A stretch of DNA of 63,620 nucleotides, filler included, from Rhabdomonas costata (GCA_019059605.1; 42 parts of 42 records of this genome joined end to end with filler, not necessarily neighbours in it), one strand, 5' to 3'; positions 23,834-36,616 are shown, counted from the first letter of the whole stretch. Notes: generated from the letters alone by a model not told the origin. Program-made: numbers and translations.

Positions 23834-25806
23834 CTGGTTTGCGGGCAGGGCCACCGCACGCTCACGCAGCCACCCAGACCCCTACCTCCCCAAATCACAC
23901 AAAAGAAAGACAGACCAGAAAGACATGCCACCAGCACGCGCACGCGCAGCTGAACTCCCCTTAGTGGATGGCAAAAACCAGGAGACGGCAATGGAAAATC
24001 GTTCCCCCTGTGCACGGCAGGTTTCGATCATGTACAATCAGCAATAACAGGCTGAAACGAAACGGGAAGCATGGGTTTCATCAGAGAGTGGTTGAACCTG
24101 ACCGGTGGAGTGGGATTGGGGCGATCTTGGTATTATAAAAGAAAGCAGAAAGCACACCAGCTGCTCACAACAACCATATNNNNNNNNNNNNNNNNNNNNN
24201 NNNNNNNNNNNNNNNNNNNNNNNTTAATTAATTAANNNNNNNNNNNNNNNNNNNNNNNNNNNNNNNNNNNNNNNNNNNNTTGTTTGGGTACACAGCCGCG
24301 CTGTTGAAACGTTAGTAAATCGCGTCCTCCAGAAATACTTACAAATACGGAAACGGTTCCGGAGAACTGCCTATCTACTTCCAGAATTTGAGGTAACTGC
24401 TACCCTAGTAATTGGAAAGTAATCTTTGACAGTCCACTTCCCATCTTTTCTGCACTGCACTGTGCTGAGAGTCTCTTCCTTCCTGCCACTTTCGGTTGTT
24501 CTTGTGCCTCACTGTTTTCTTTTGCGCGGTGAGCATTGCACAGTGAACAATTGCTGTTGTTCTTTGGAAAGTAATTGGTTGGTTTGCTTTGAATTGGAAG
24601 TCGTCCCACTTGGGCTGCGGCGGAAAGTGACCAATGGATCTCATGCATCACCCGAGCTCTGGGCGCTCTGCTGTGCTGGCCGTTTTACAGTTTGATTTCT
24701 GCGGTTGCAAGACATGCACCGAAAATCTGCCGCCAAAAAGGAGTACATGCTGTGCAAAGTACTTTGAAGACCAACGACGGCACAGCAGCACAGCGGCATG
24801 CGGGCACATCACGCCCGATTCCCATTTAAGAAAATTCTCTCCGCCACGCAGAACAGCAGATCCGTTTGATTCAGTTTGATACCGAGCAAAAACCACGTTT
24901 CGGGAAGTGAGCAGTCCACAATAAGAACAGTTGCAATGAAGGACATACAAATGCAAGAATCGCAAATGCACATACAGGCATGCGGGAAAACCACGGCACA
25001 GTGCCACCAAAGAGCCCCACCGAACACCAACCCAAACAAGAAAACTAAACACATCACGAGAGCATCAGCGGCCATGGGGGAAGGGGGGGTGCAGTTGGAA
25101 ATAGAATCTCAGGCGTAGCAGTACACAGTCACAGCGAATGGCAAATCAGCGAAGGAGAAGGAGGAGGGGCTCATCTCACATTCACACCGACCACACCGAC
25201 GGGCAGGACTCAGAGCCGACTGACTTCCGACATCTCCCTATCATCCCGCGAAGTCAGTATTTTCGGACAACATTGCCCCCATTTAGTCTTGAGACGATTG
25301 AGACAATGGAACGTACACGTTAAGGCTGGAACTTGACCGCTCTGGAGGCTTTTCTTAGAGGCTGTTGCTTGAAAGCTCAGGCGTTGCTGTGCAACTCGGA
25401 CCCGACGAAGGGCGAGAGGTGTGCATGCTGGGCCAGCTAACAGAGAGCAGAAGGACAACGAAATACGAAGACCGATGTCAATTGGAAAACAGAATGGGAA
25501 AAAACAAGAGACAGCCTTAAACATCATCCCTTGATTTCTCACAGATGAAGAACTACCACAGCCAAACTCCCAACTCCAACTCCCAGATCATGTGAAAAAC
25601 GCTGCTCCCTTTGTTACTCCACGATTCGGACGGCGTTTGGAAGGGCCATGGAAATCACAACCACCGCGTCCTCCGTGTACCCCAACCACCCAACACANNN
25701 NNNNNNNNNNNNNNNNNNNNNNNNNNNNNNNNNNNNNNNNNTTAATTAATTAANNNNNNNNNNNNNNNNNNNNNNNNNNNNNNNNNNNNNNNNNNNNTGT
25801 GGTTGG

Positions 25807-25888
25807 GTGGACGAGCTTCCTGAGCTGAACATTGAGCAGAAAGATCCACCGCAAACTGCTCAATGTTCAGCTCAGGAAGCTCGTCCAC
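25807..25888. repeat. Terminal fold-back inverted repeat (~32-bp arms), likely WGA artefact
   Basis: Perfect arms 25807-25838 and 25857-25888 at the contig start; they duplicate coding sequence. Confidence 0.85.
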
Positions 25889-26188
25889 AGGTTGTACGCA
25901 CACCTCGACACCCCGTGCAACATGGATCTCTCCTTTCAGACGGCACAAGTCCTCGATTGCATCGCGGAGTTCCAGATCTTTGGCTTCCTCCCTCTGCAAA
26001 TGTCTGAGAAAGTCTTCATAGTTTAAGAGCTTTGCATGAGCTGGTTCCTGGGCTTCGTCGGCTTTTGGCTCAGATCGAGGCGCCTCAATGGCATCACCGA
26101 CATCAGTGTTAGGTGATGCGATAGCTCGCTCGATCTCTTCAGCTATCCAAGCTTCCTCATCTTCAAACATGGACGTCAGCTTGTGAAG
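25845..26188 (-). CDS. Acidic helical exon, unknown protein
   Basis: TAG acceptor, then LHKLTSMFEDEEAWIAEEIERA...LLNYEDFLRHLQREEAKDLELRDAIEDL, open up to the fold-back. Confidence 0.5.
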
Positions 26189-29030
26189 CTATTGTTTGAA
26201 ACGACCGCCAATACATAGATCACGTGTTGCACTGAAACAAGAGGACAAAAAGGCACTATTGCAGTGGGAGAAGTTCCTGCTCTGTGGATGAAAGGAAAAC
26301 AAAATGAAAGATGGGGAAAAAAGATGGAACCGGATCCAACAAAATATCAGGATACGTTGTTGCCAGGCACGTAGTCAATGTGTCGCAAAGTGATAAAAAG
26401 GTCCAACAACTGGGTGAAGGTTGACCGTTCCAAAGGCAAGTTCTTGAGTGGACGGCGCAATCCCTAAACCCATGTTGACCTTTCATCTCTTTCCCTTCAG
26501 CGCAGCAAAACCCTGCAGATGCTGCGGACCAGGAACAACCGTCTCACAACAAACAAAAGCTTCCTTTATTTCTCGACCAAATTAAGAATGGAATGGATAT
26601 ACTCCGGCTATATATATACTCCATGTGCACCCCCCCCCCTCCCCGAGATCCCCAAGAGATTCCAACGGGTTCCGTTGCTGCTTTCCGTGGGGGGGTTTTT
26701 GCGGAAACTCTTCCGCGCGTTTCGCTCGCGCCAAGCTGGCTCAGGACCATCAGTGTATGCCGACCTGTGGTTTGGAGTCTCAGTAGGCTTGGCCAAGGCG
26801 GTGGGTTGGTAGTTGAGGTGCGCTGTGAACCCAGATAATCTCGAGCGCCACCGCTTTTTCGCTGCCTTTTTGCCTCTCTCGGTTTCAGCGTTTCCTTCAC
26901 GGCACTCTCCTTTTTCCTCTCGGTCACCACACCTTTGATGTAATTGGCGCTCTTCTCCAAGCGTCTTTTACCGCACCAACGGTTTCTTTTCCGACGTTTA
27001 CACTTTTACACGTTCCATTCATTTCTGTATTCTCCATCCAGGGTTACTTCTTCCGCCCTTTCCATTTGTGTGTTTTCACCGTCCTCCGCCGCTGTGCAGT
27101 TCTATTTCCTCCTCGCTTTCTCTTCTCGTTCTCCTTGCCTTTTTCCGATTCTCCTCTGTTCTTTCATCGACTCCACAAAATGCTCCAAACGCCCTCTTCA
27201 CTCTCCCACCAACANNNNNNNNNNNNNNNNNNNNNNNNNNNNNNNNNNNNNNNNNNNNTTAATTAATTAANNNNNNNNNNNNNNNNNNNNNNNNNNNNNN
27301 NNNNNNNNNNNNNNATGGTGCGGCGCATCATTATTCTCTTTTAAAGAAGGCGGTGACGCAGGTCACGGCGGGGGAAGATAAAGGCAGTGCTACGGAAACG
27401 GAAGGAAATGACGTTTTGTCGAAGCCATACAAGAAACAAGAAAACGCGGCGCTTTGTTCCCTCACAGCTGTGATTCCAGCGCTTAGAACCTCAATCAATT
27501 TAGAGGAGTTAAGGCAGAGGAAAACGAACCTCTACAGGTGGCACCCTGCTGCCCCTGGAAATCTTTGTCGAAGATCCTCAAGTGGTGGCTTTCGGCAGAT
27601 GCCCACTTCAAATCAAAAACACAAAGAAGGGAAAGTTGGCTTCAAACGGGTTTGGCAGTTTCAAAGGTGGAGCAGCCCTCTCAATTCTCTAATGCGAAGC
27701 ACCGGAAGGATGCTCTCGGTCTCCATGGGATCACCACTCTGGGGCACATCATCCATATGTCACAAGAAACTTACTCTTGTCCTGCACTCGTGCCCATTTC
27801 GGTCGCCATTCCCCGCTCATGGTACCCTTTCTTAATCCCGCTCATGGTGGTAATGGGTGTTGGAGTACACAATGCACGGGGCACCCGTCTGCCCCTAGAA
27901 TTTCAATAAAAGAGTAAGCAGTGAGTTCGACGACGTAGTGCTCCGTAAGTTTTGACTTAGGCCGTGGAACCGAGGAGTACGAGAACTTTTTCATTGTCGT
28001 CATCAAGTCCCAATCCGTCAATTGAGTGATTGCCCCCCCCCCAGCTTTTCATCAGTGTGAATGACCATGGAGTCCTTGTCGCCTGCTCAGATCCATCCGG
28101 AGAAAACTTTCATTGTGGGGATGAGGGGAAGCAGTCCGAATCCCATACGTCCAACTCTTCCATCGCCTGCCTCCCAACTTCAAGCTCAAATGGGCACACA
28201 TGGAATCACAAAAGCAGTGCAGAAGCGGAGTGCGCTGGTCGAGGAACAAGAGTCCCAGGTCAGTGCTGTCCGCAGACACACACGCGTTTACGCGTGCACC
28301 CAAAACATAGACCCACCGGATATTCGCACACACCTCAGAACACAACGTGGAGGCGTGAGAGGAAAAAAGGACGAAGGAGGGGGGGGGGGACGGAATTCTG
28401 CGACCGCCGCCACGCGATCCTGTGCTCAACTGGGAGGCACCAGCAAAAAGACCGTAGCACACGCTTCCAGCAATAAAAAACTGGGAGATTCATCGGAATC
28501 CGACACTGGCAACCCAACCCACGTACATCGTCGACATTGCAGTGAAGCAACCCATTAATGCTACGAATCCTAAACGTCTACTATCACACCAAGAAACAAC
28601 GCGCCAGTCACATCATCCCGGATAAAAAATGAAGTTTGCCTCTAAATAGAAACAGCTGGCGATTCCGCAGGGTATTTCTCTGGTTTGGGGGCCGGCATCC
28701 ACCCCTCCACCCCTTAAAAAAGAAACTTACAGNNNNNNNNNNNNNNNNNNNNNNNNNNNNNNNNNNNNNNNNNNNNTTAATTAATTAANNNNNNNNNNNN
28801 NNNNNNNNNNNNNNNNNNNNNNNNNNNNNNNNCATGTGGATATTTGGTGGTAGGTGTGTTAGACGGGCGAAGGAGTGCATTGACCATTGTTTACCTACGA
28901 CTCGTATTTCTTCGCAACTTCGACCCGAATGAAATTGTATTCCCTCTCATTCATTTGTTATTTTGGTTGTTCATTGTCCTTTGGTTCTTCCTGGTTATTC
29001 CCTTCTTTTCTGATTATTTCCGAACATCAG

Positions 29031-29996
29031 GAGTCTGAAGTCTCGCGGCTGCGTACCATGCTGAACGAGCAGGTAACCTCTCCCTTTTCCGAAATTACCT
29101 CCGCACAGCTTACGGGGACTCGGCTGGTGGTATTTAGAGAGTATGTGAGGTGACGTGCACCTGAGTGTGGGCGTTCTCAGTGATGTCTTGGAGTTATCTG
29201 CGAGGAATAGTCTCGGCAGCTGACAGTGCAGAACGGTGATTTTCTCTATTTGCTTTCGGGGTTAGAGGGGACCGGGAGTTGGGGATGGGGCGCGTGGCGC
29301 AGAAGGCAGTGGCTACAAGTCGTATCCCAACTCATTCGGTTGCCAGAGTCGGACTTTTTGGTTTTTCCTTCCCTTTCTTCCATCTTTTGTTATCATCTGT
29401 GTTGCTCGGCACAGGACCACGAGCTGGTGAAGCTGAAGAGCGTTCTCAAAGACAAAGTGTGATGTGTGAAGGGGATGCCGGAAGCGGATGAGTCCGTGGG
29501 GGGTTGGCTGAATCAGTGTTTGTTTGGCACAGGTGGTTTTGCCAGTGGACTTTGAATTTATGAATCTCCGCTTTACCCCGCCCCTCTGCGTGTGCCCATT
29601 TGTTGCGCTCCTCTGCCTGTCTTTTGACCGCTGCTTGCTGCTGGGGCCCTTCCGCTTCTCTCTCTGTCCCGCACTTCTCGGAACGAAGCACTAACGGAGG
29701 CGGTGGTGCAAAATGCCAGGGCGGAGATAAGAACGCGATTTTTCTCTCAGGAAAGTGAGCTGGTGACCTCCCGAGCACGCGTGGAGGAGTTAGAGCAGAA
29801 CGTCGTGGCCGAGGTGCGTTTCCCTTCCCCTGCACCACTTTGTCGCCGTCCCCGCTCTTTTCCTTCATTTTGTGACCGTCCGAATGCTTTGCATGGAGTC
29901 ACCACCGGTACTCCGCAGGCTCGCTCGCGGCTGGGGCAGCGGCTGGTCGACTGCGAGGCGGAAAACACTAAGCTGCAAGCAGCGCTGAGCCACGAG
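29031..29996 (+). CDS. Coiled-coil protein, four phase-0 mini-exons
   Basis: Exons 29031-29072, 29415-29456, 29751-29813 and 29919-29996, each flanked by CAG and GT: ESEVSRLRTMLNEQ-DHELVKLKSVLKDK-ESELVTSRARVEELEQNVVAE-ARSRLGQRLVDCEAENTKLQAALSHE. Confidence 0.75.
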
Positions 29997-30101
29997 GTGT
30001 CTGTGTGTATGTGCCATGGTGGATATGTCGGTAATGGGGTATTTATTGATGCGTCTGTGGGTGATGTGTGGGGTGAGTTCTTGTGTATCTTTCTTTTGGC
30101 T

Positions 30102-30241
30102 GTATGCGGCTTAAGGGAAGCAGTGATGGTGGGAAATGGGATGGCATCATTTTGTCTCTCCATGCGTTGCAAGCAATGCATGGAGAGACAAAATGACGCC
30201 ATCCCATTTCCCACCATCACTGCTTCCCTTAAGCCGCATAC
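30102..30241. repeat. Terminal fold-back palindrome (~68-bp arms, 2 mismatches)
   Basis: GTATGCGGCTTAAGGGAAG... pairs with ...CTTCCCTTAAGCCGCATAC and ends 8 nt from the contig end. Confidence 0.9.
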
Positions 30242-30916
30242 CCACAAAANNNNNNNNNNNNNNNNNNNNNNNNNNNNNNNNNNNNNNNNNNNNTTAATTA
30301 ATTAANNNNNNNNNNNNNNNNNNNNNNNNNNNNNNNNNNNNNNNNNNNNGGTGTGGTTGAGAACTGATATTCGGTGAGTACGAGTGTAACCTTTTTTGGA
30401 GGTGAGGGGCGTTAAAGTTTTAGCGCTGCCACACAATTCGGGGGTTTGTGGATGGGGTTTTGCTGGGCTTCGGCGGAGGAGTGGATTTATTACGGCCTCG
30501 TTTGTTTTGATGTGCAGGTTTGTTATTTCACCGGTGATATTTCTTTCGGGTCAAGACCTTTGCTGGAAGAATGTGATAGGCTGGAATCGCCACCACCGCG
30601 AAAATGCGAAATTTAATCCGTGGTGCGACCGGAGCGGGAGGCTGGGGCGGGGACGTTTGGGATGTTCGAGGCCGGTTTCTACACCTGATCCATGGGCCCA
30701 CTCTCGGTGGACCTTTGGTGAATGGCACCCCGCACATTCAGCCAGTACTTCTGGGGAGGTTTTTCTGCCTTCCGGGGAGTATTCGAAACCATCCTACCAT
30801 TTGCCTGGCGCCGCTTTTGTTCTGCTCAGACAAAAGGGCCGCGTGGCGCCATGCATCCGATTTGGTGGTGGTCAGCCTTCAGCGGACTGGGTTGTGCGCT
30901 TCTTGGCAGATGCGAA

Positions 30917-31275
30917 TCACTCCTCCGCAACTGGGCGGCGGATCATAGGAATGTTAATGGCGTCTTGCACTGCGATTCTGAGGAGCTTCTGCGTTTGCAG
31001 CCTGGAGGCTCCTCTTCGGCTCTTCTTATGGGATCCTCGGGTCGTATTGTTGTAACCGCACCCAGAGCTCAACCACACACACAGACACACACACCGGGCC
31101 GCCAGGGTGCCATTCCAGTGCACGGCCAGCTTGGCGGCCTCCAGCGCGGCTTCGGAGAGGGCTTGCCAGTCATCGGCCCGCGCCGCGTCCACCATGGCGT
31201 GGGTGGCCGCCTCCATGGCCTGCCTCAGCGCCTCGTGGTGTCCCCCAGGAACCGTCTCCGGGGTGGGGTAGTACC
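30917..31275 (-). CDS. Last two exons, unknown Ala-rich helical protein
   Basis: Exons 31275-31095 (YYPTPETVPGGHHEALRQAMEAA...WNGTLAAR) and 31001-30917 (LQTQKLLRIAV...EE*), 93-nt GT-AG intron, phase 2. Confidence 0.55.
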
Positions 31276-31693
31276 CTGCGAAAGCCAAAACCAGAGAAAA
31301 GGGAAGCAACCAACAACAAATCGGGATGACCCAGAAGGGGTGTTAAAGTTGAACTGCAGCGCTGCGATGAAAACAAACGAGATCGGCAGGATTGCCTCCC
31401 GGACCCAAGCGACGTAAATCATTCCCGACACTAGTCACCGACATGTGATGAAGTGGCCCCTCTCCCCTTCCTCGCACAGCGGCCACCGAAGCACCAAGGA
31501 AGCTAAGCCATGCGGGCGGTGGTTTTCAAAGCCCCAATTTCAATGAAGACCTTCAAGCAGCTTCCCATTAAGGGAAAGCCACGGAAGGTAGGTCGGTGTC
31601 AAAGCATCATGACAACGGATAAAAAAGCATAAATAACGTTGATGCTGTGCAGACAGAGATAGAGTAGAGCTGTAGTGACTGCCAAGATGAGAC

Positions 31694-31763
31694 GGGGTTC
31701 CGAATCCAACGAAGAAACGATTGCACTTGTATGGAATCGTTTCTTCGTTGGATTCGGAACCCC
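31694..31763. repeat. Terminal fold-back inverted repeat (29-bp arms)
   Basis: Perfect arms GGGGTTCCGAATCCAACGAAGAAACGATT at the contig end. Confidence 0.9.
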
Positions 31764-31897
31764 ACCNNNNNNNNNNNNNNNNNNNNNNNNNNNNNNNNNN
31801 NNNNNNNNNNTTAATTAATTAANNNNNNNNNNNNNNNNNNNNNNNNNNNNNNNNNNNNNNNNNNNNAATTGTTGTGTTCGTGTACGTTTCCATATGC

Positions 31898-33043
31898 CTG
31901 GGCGGGCTCATCGTCCGCGTCCTTCTTCTTCTTGGCCTTGCCGCCCGACTTTGCCTCCTGGGCCTTCGTGAAGGCCTCCTTTGCGTCCTTCTCCTTCTGC
32001 CCGACAAACTTGTCCGAGGTCTCTTTACGGAGTTGGTCCGCGGCCTCCTCATTGTCGGTGACAATGATGTTGTCAAAAATGGTACCGTGGTTCACAGTCC
32101 AGAGCTGAGAAAAAGAGAAGTAAGAAAGAAAACAAATAAAAGCGGTTGCTGAGTTACTAAACATGATATATAACTATAACATGATGTATATACAATATAC
32201 AATACACATACATGGTATAGATGCACATGTATATGGCGAAAAAAATGGCACAAGTGCATGTATGCCCCACACCGATTGAGAGGTTTTGGAGTTCAAGGAA
32301 AAGCAAGTTAGAAATTAAAGCAGCGGGAATTCGTCTGGGCCCATTGGGAAGTTCATATTTGGTCGTATAAAGTACTTTGAGCGATGGGAAGAGGTGGATA
32401 TGGACAGCATAAACTGCGGGAAAGTGGATCCATCCACTAATGCGTAAAGTTTGTGTGCTGGAAATTGTGCAGGATTCCGCATGAGCCTCTCGCTGATCCC
32501 AGCCCATTATTTTGGTGAGAGGACTGGGGTCAGGTTAAATTTTGCTTTCAAATGCTCTACTGTGTGTTTCGCTGCAATCAGCAAAAGTTCTATTCTTGTA
32601 TTCTTGCGTGTGATCAAATTTACACACTACCGCCCAAAAAAGCTTCTATTTTTCTATACTAGAATCCCAGGAAACACGTGCATCACCTCCTAACCCCCTG
32701 CCAACTCAGAAAAGGGGCAAAAAAAACTTCACAGCTCACACTACCGGGGGGGGGGGCATAAATGCACTTGACAGAGGGGGCAATAAATGCACTAGCGCCA
32801 TCTTCCCAGATGGTGCAAAGAAAGACTTTCTGAAATGCGACTGCTTTGGAGTTTCCACACACGCAAGCGCGCGCGAAGACAAGAAAACAAAGGGGGAAAT
32901 GCTCAGCGAAACAAACCGAAAAAATGATTACTATTGAGCTCAGTAATGAAATACTTACTAGAAACATTGGGTGGCAGGAATCGTTACTCCTTTTGGGTAT
33001 TTTTGACTTGAGCAAATCTAAACGCGCAATGACCTCTCAGGTG

Positions 33044-33081
<38 letters not shown>

Positions 33082-33192
33082 CGAAGCCGACGTAGGCCAG
33101 GTCATCATAGACGTACACGTCGGGTTTGTGGTCAGGGTTGGGGAGCTGCTTTGCCTTCCACTCGCCTTTGTAGGCTGGGTTAGGAATCATTC
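31898..33192 (-). CDS. CALR: Calreticulin, P-domain end and C-domain, 2 exons
   Basis: Exon 33192-33080 (IPNPAYKGEWKAKQLPNPD...YVGFE) joins exon 32104-31898 (LWTVNHGTIFDNIIVTD...) over GT-AG intron 33079-32105, rebuilding GFELW..GTIFDNI. No TM follows, so calreticulin rather than calnexin. Confidence 0.9.
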
Positions 33193-33394
33193 CTTTGAAG
33201 GAATTGAGGGAAAGGCACATCCCGCATTGCCAAAGCACACGCACACATCCAGCTTTCACGGATGCCCCAGCACAGAACAAAACAANNNNNNNNNNNNNNN
33301 NNNNNNNNNNNNNNNNNNNNNNNNNNNNNTTAATTAATTAANNNNNNNNNNNNNNNNNNNNNNNNNNNNNNNNNNNNNNNNNNNNGTGGGGTGT

Positions 33395-33508
33395 GTGTGA
33401 GTGTGAGTGTGAGTGTGAGTGTGAGTGTGAGTGTGAGTGTGAGTGTGAGTGTGAGTGTGAGTGTGAGTGTGAGTGTGAGTGTGAGTGTGAGTGTGAGTGT
33501 GAGTGCGA
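33395..33508. repeat. (GTGTGA)n hexanucleotide microsatellite, 19 units
   Basis: 18 perfect units plus one GTGCGA variant. Confidence 0.97.
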
Positions 33509-33542
33509 GTGTTTGAGTTCCTTCGTCGTCCATTGGGATCTG

Positions 33543-34566
33543 TCAACAACGCCACTCCATCCTCTTTTGCCGGTTTCTGCACCTGCGTACCAGTTGTGGG
33601 AAGGTGGTTGTGGAATTGAAAGTTGAAGCGCTTATTTTCGTTCGAATGTTGTTTACAATCGCTTGGTGGATGACTTCCCATTTGGACCGGAGACAACCAA
33701 AAACCTGTTACGGGAACTTGAGATAGAGTGGCCAATAGGAACCCATACTTGGTGTGATGTCGGTAATCCTGAGTTTACAGCAAGCTTCCCACGTCCAGCT
33801 GCGTCTAGTGACACCATGTACATGGATGAAAATAACTTTCTCAAAAAAACATCATTCATGCCCATTCACTTTTCACGCACCCATGAATTGTCAATAATGT
33901 CAATAATCGCTTGCCAAGGTTTCTAGCAGCTTTGAATTCACATTGGAAGGAACTCCAAGGTGAACCCCCAGTTTAAATGCCTCATTTTACCTTCTGCTGC
34001 GCTTCAATCCTGGTTTTTCGAACAAGTGCATCCATAAGTGGATGGTCATCACGAGGTCTACAGGTATCTGGTGATTGGGACTTTGAGGTGCACGGCTAAA
34101 GATGGTGGTGACAGTCAGTTTCGCCGGATTGAAGCGGAGTTGGAAGACTGGTGGGGAAGGTGCTAGAAAGTAGCTCGGAGAGGCACGTTCTGGATTAGCC
34201 TGGTATGATTACCGTGGTGGTCACAGGAGGTTTGCTGTTTGCCGTTGAAAGCGCGTGCCAGGTGTGGGTGGTGCCCCATGTGGCACAGAGGGTGTGTCGT
34301 GAGCACATACGCAATAGCCGGCCTCGAACTCCGTGAGTCCCACATTAAAATGATTGTTGAACTCCATGAGGAAACTCAGCATTTCCGCAAAAGAAATATG
34401 CAGCCGCTGCAGCAGGTACGGGTTGAAGATCTGCGCCATGTGATAGACGTAGGTTACCGGGAGACTGCATCGACCTGGGTTGACGTTGCTGTCTAGCAAA
34501 ATGACGCGGACCAGGTGCACCAAGGAGTTCTTCAGAAGGGAGAGGTTGGACAATTGGAGTCTAGCC
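33543..34566 (-). CDS. Probable multi-exon 3' part of an unknown gene
   Basis: A phase-consistent chain can be built: ...QIFNPYLLQRLHISFAEMLSFLMEFNNHF... / FQLRFNPAKLTVTT...KRSRR / NLGKRLLTLLTIHG / RSWTWEACCKLRITD...LKFP / CRNRQKRMEWRC*. The first donor is ambiguous. Confidence 0.4.
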
Positions 34567-35168
34567 CTGTAACCCCCACCAAGACATGTTTTGGTTTGCC
34601 AAAACAGCATCTTAAGCAAGCGGCGGCACAACAGAAATTGGGAGGAGGGGAGTAACAGCAACCTGGTAACAGAAAATTGGCTCTTTACATTACTGAGTGC
34701 AATCATTTTGTTCGGAAAACCCTCCTCTCCCCGCTTTGGGGGTAGTCGGAGGTGACACCGAACTCTTCAGTGTTTTCATTCCTTTGTTGCTCACCACAAA
34801 ACNNNNNNNNNNNNNNNNNNNNNNNNNNNNNNNNNNNNNNNNNNNNTTAATTAATTAANNNNNNNNNNNNNNNNNNNNNNNNNNNNNNNNNNNNNNNNNN
34901 NNTGTGTTTTTTTTCCTCTATTTTGATGTAGCACGGAGCACTCACCAGCTACAGTTCAGTGCGGCGAAATGACCCTCAGGATTGCCTGTGAAAGCTCACA
35001 GGCTCGAAAGCAAACGTGCGCAAATCCGGCCCAATAAAATTGACGTGGTACCTCGAAAGCCACCCAACTGGTTCGCAATAAAAAGGTTCGATTGCTTTCG
35101 TCAAGGGGCAGGGACGCCCATGGTCAACTCAAGGCCACACGTAAAGAAGGATAGTGGGGTCCACGTAC

Positions 35169-35966
35169 TCTTCAGTAAGGCGTTTGGGTTCCCTCCCTGC
35201 AAGATCCACTTGTTCTCCACGGACTGCACCACCACCCTGCCGAAAATAAGTTAAAAAGACTCGAAAACTCGAAAGCTGCCCCAGGGCTGAGCTGAAGAAC
35301 TGTGGATAGTCACATTATATTCAGATATGTCCCCCCCCCACGCAACTTTGGGGAACTGAGAGATCCTCTCACACCACAAAAGAAAGTACGTTGCATCGCA
35401 ACTCGGAAGTGCAAATATGATCCCAACTAGTTAAAAATGCGATAAAATTGCATGATCCCACTGAAGGATACCCACCACTTGCTCGGACACGCTACCTTCG
35501 TGAACAGTGTGCAGCTTCGGCAAGAACCAAACCTTTTACACCCTTCCCAGCCCAGTGATACCAGCACGGAGTTCGAACTCTTGAGGAGAGTTGAGGAGAG
35601 CATAAAAACAATCCATCTTCCTTTCAACGTGACATTCCCGCGTTTTCACCCTCAAAAGGTTTAGTGCACTCACAAAATTTTTCCAGTGTTCTGCTTTTCC
35701 TAGGGTGGTGTGAAACCCTTAAAAATGAGATCTGGCTCTCTCAAAACTCCACCGACGGCAACCGTCTACGGAAAAAAGACCAACACGTTCCAATATAATG
35801 TGAGTCACAACAAAATGCGGGTGCCTCGTCTCCGATCGACAGAGTGACATTGCTCTGTGAAGAACTGTGAGTTTGCCAGGGGGGGATCACCCCCTCCTCT
35901 TTCCACGCAGGCAGCGTACCGGCAAACATGCAGAGCACGACGGGCGTCTCCGCAGATAACAGCGAC
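35169..35966 (-). CDS. ORC1/CDC6-like AAA+ ATPase, sensor-2/lid exons
   Basis: Exon 35966-35920 reads VAVICGDARRALHVCR, matching the ORC1/CDC6 motif VAxxSGDARRALxICR. It joins in phase 2 to exon 35236-35169 (VVVQSVENKW...). The match is short. Confidence 0.55.
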
Positions 35967-36421
35967 CTAATGGAGAACATTGTCAGATTCGTTTAAAGCG
36001 GAAGCAGCGAGACAAGATACGAAGTGACCCCCAGCTGTAACTCCACCTCCAACCAGCCTACACAGATTACAATCGCGACGAAAGAGAGAAGGCGCTGGCT
36101 GCACTTCGGAAAATTAAATCAATCAAATGAAAGCTGAAACCTCTTCCTTGATCTACGTGGATGAGAATTCCCCTAATTAGTAACCGCATTGAGAAAGAGG
36201 GAGGGCAAAGTGCGCTTATGTTGCGCTTTCGCGCGCCAACAACCAGTCACACTGTGTTCATCGTAAGATCCCCACCCCAGTAAAAAAAATAGGTCCACCC
36301 GCTTGCATAACAACCACAANNNNNNNNNNNNNNNNNNNNNNNNNNNNNNNNNNNNNNNNNNNNTTAATTAATTAANNNNNNNNNNNNNNNNNNNNNNNNN
36401 NNNNNNNNNNNNNNNNNNNAG

Positions 36422-36616
36422 TCGGCCGCCCCAGAGAGCGATCCCGCGGCCGCCGCAGCGGCACACGAACGCGAGTGCCCCGTGTGCCTGGAGTGTTTCG
36501 CAGACGGGGATGAGGTGCGCACGTTACCCTGCCTGCACCTGTTCCACAAGCACTGCATTGACCCGTGGCTGAAACACAGCAGGGCGTGCCCAACCTGCCG
36601 CACTTTGCTCGGCTAA
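36422..36616 (+). CDS. RING-H2 E3 ubiquitin ligase C-terminus
   Basis: CPVCLECFADGDEVRTLPCLHLFHKHCIDPWLKHSRACPTCR followed by TLLG*, a complete C3H2C3 pattern. This frame is absent from the ORF track. Confidence 0.93.
   Translation, partial: SAAPESDPAAAAAAHERECPVCLECFADGDEVRTLPCLHLFHKHCIDPWLKHSRACPTCRTLLG

Noticed and set aside
33334..33626. ORFs with (TH)n, (CE)n or (TL)n repeats, and GTGTGA as a telomere
   Set aside because: These are translations of a microsatellite. The unit is not TTAGGG and it grades into unique sequence.
33790..33925. GHKL/MORC ATPase N-box (KPWQAIIDIIDNSW..DAAG) on the minus strand
   Set aside because: Joining DNSW to DA needs non-canonical splice ends, while another frame joins the same exons with GT-AG. 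The catalytic Glu is also missing. Probably coincidence.
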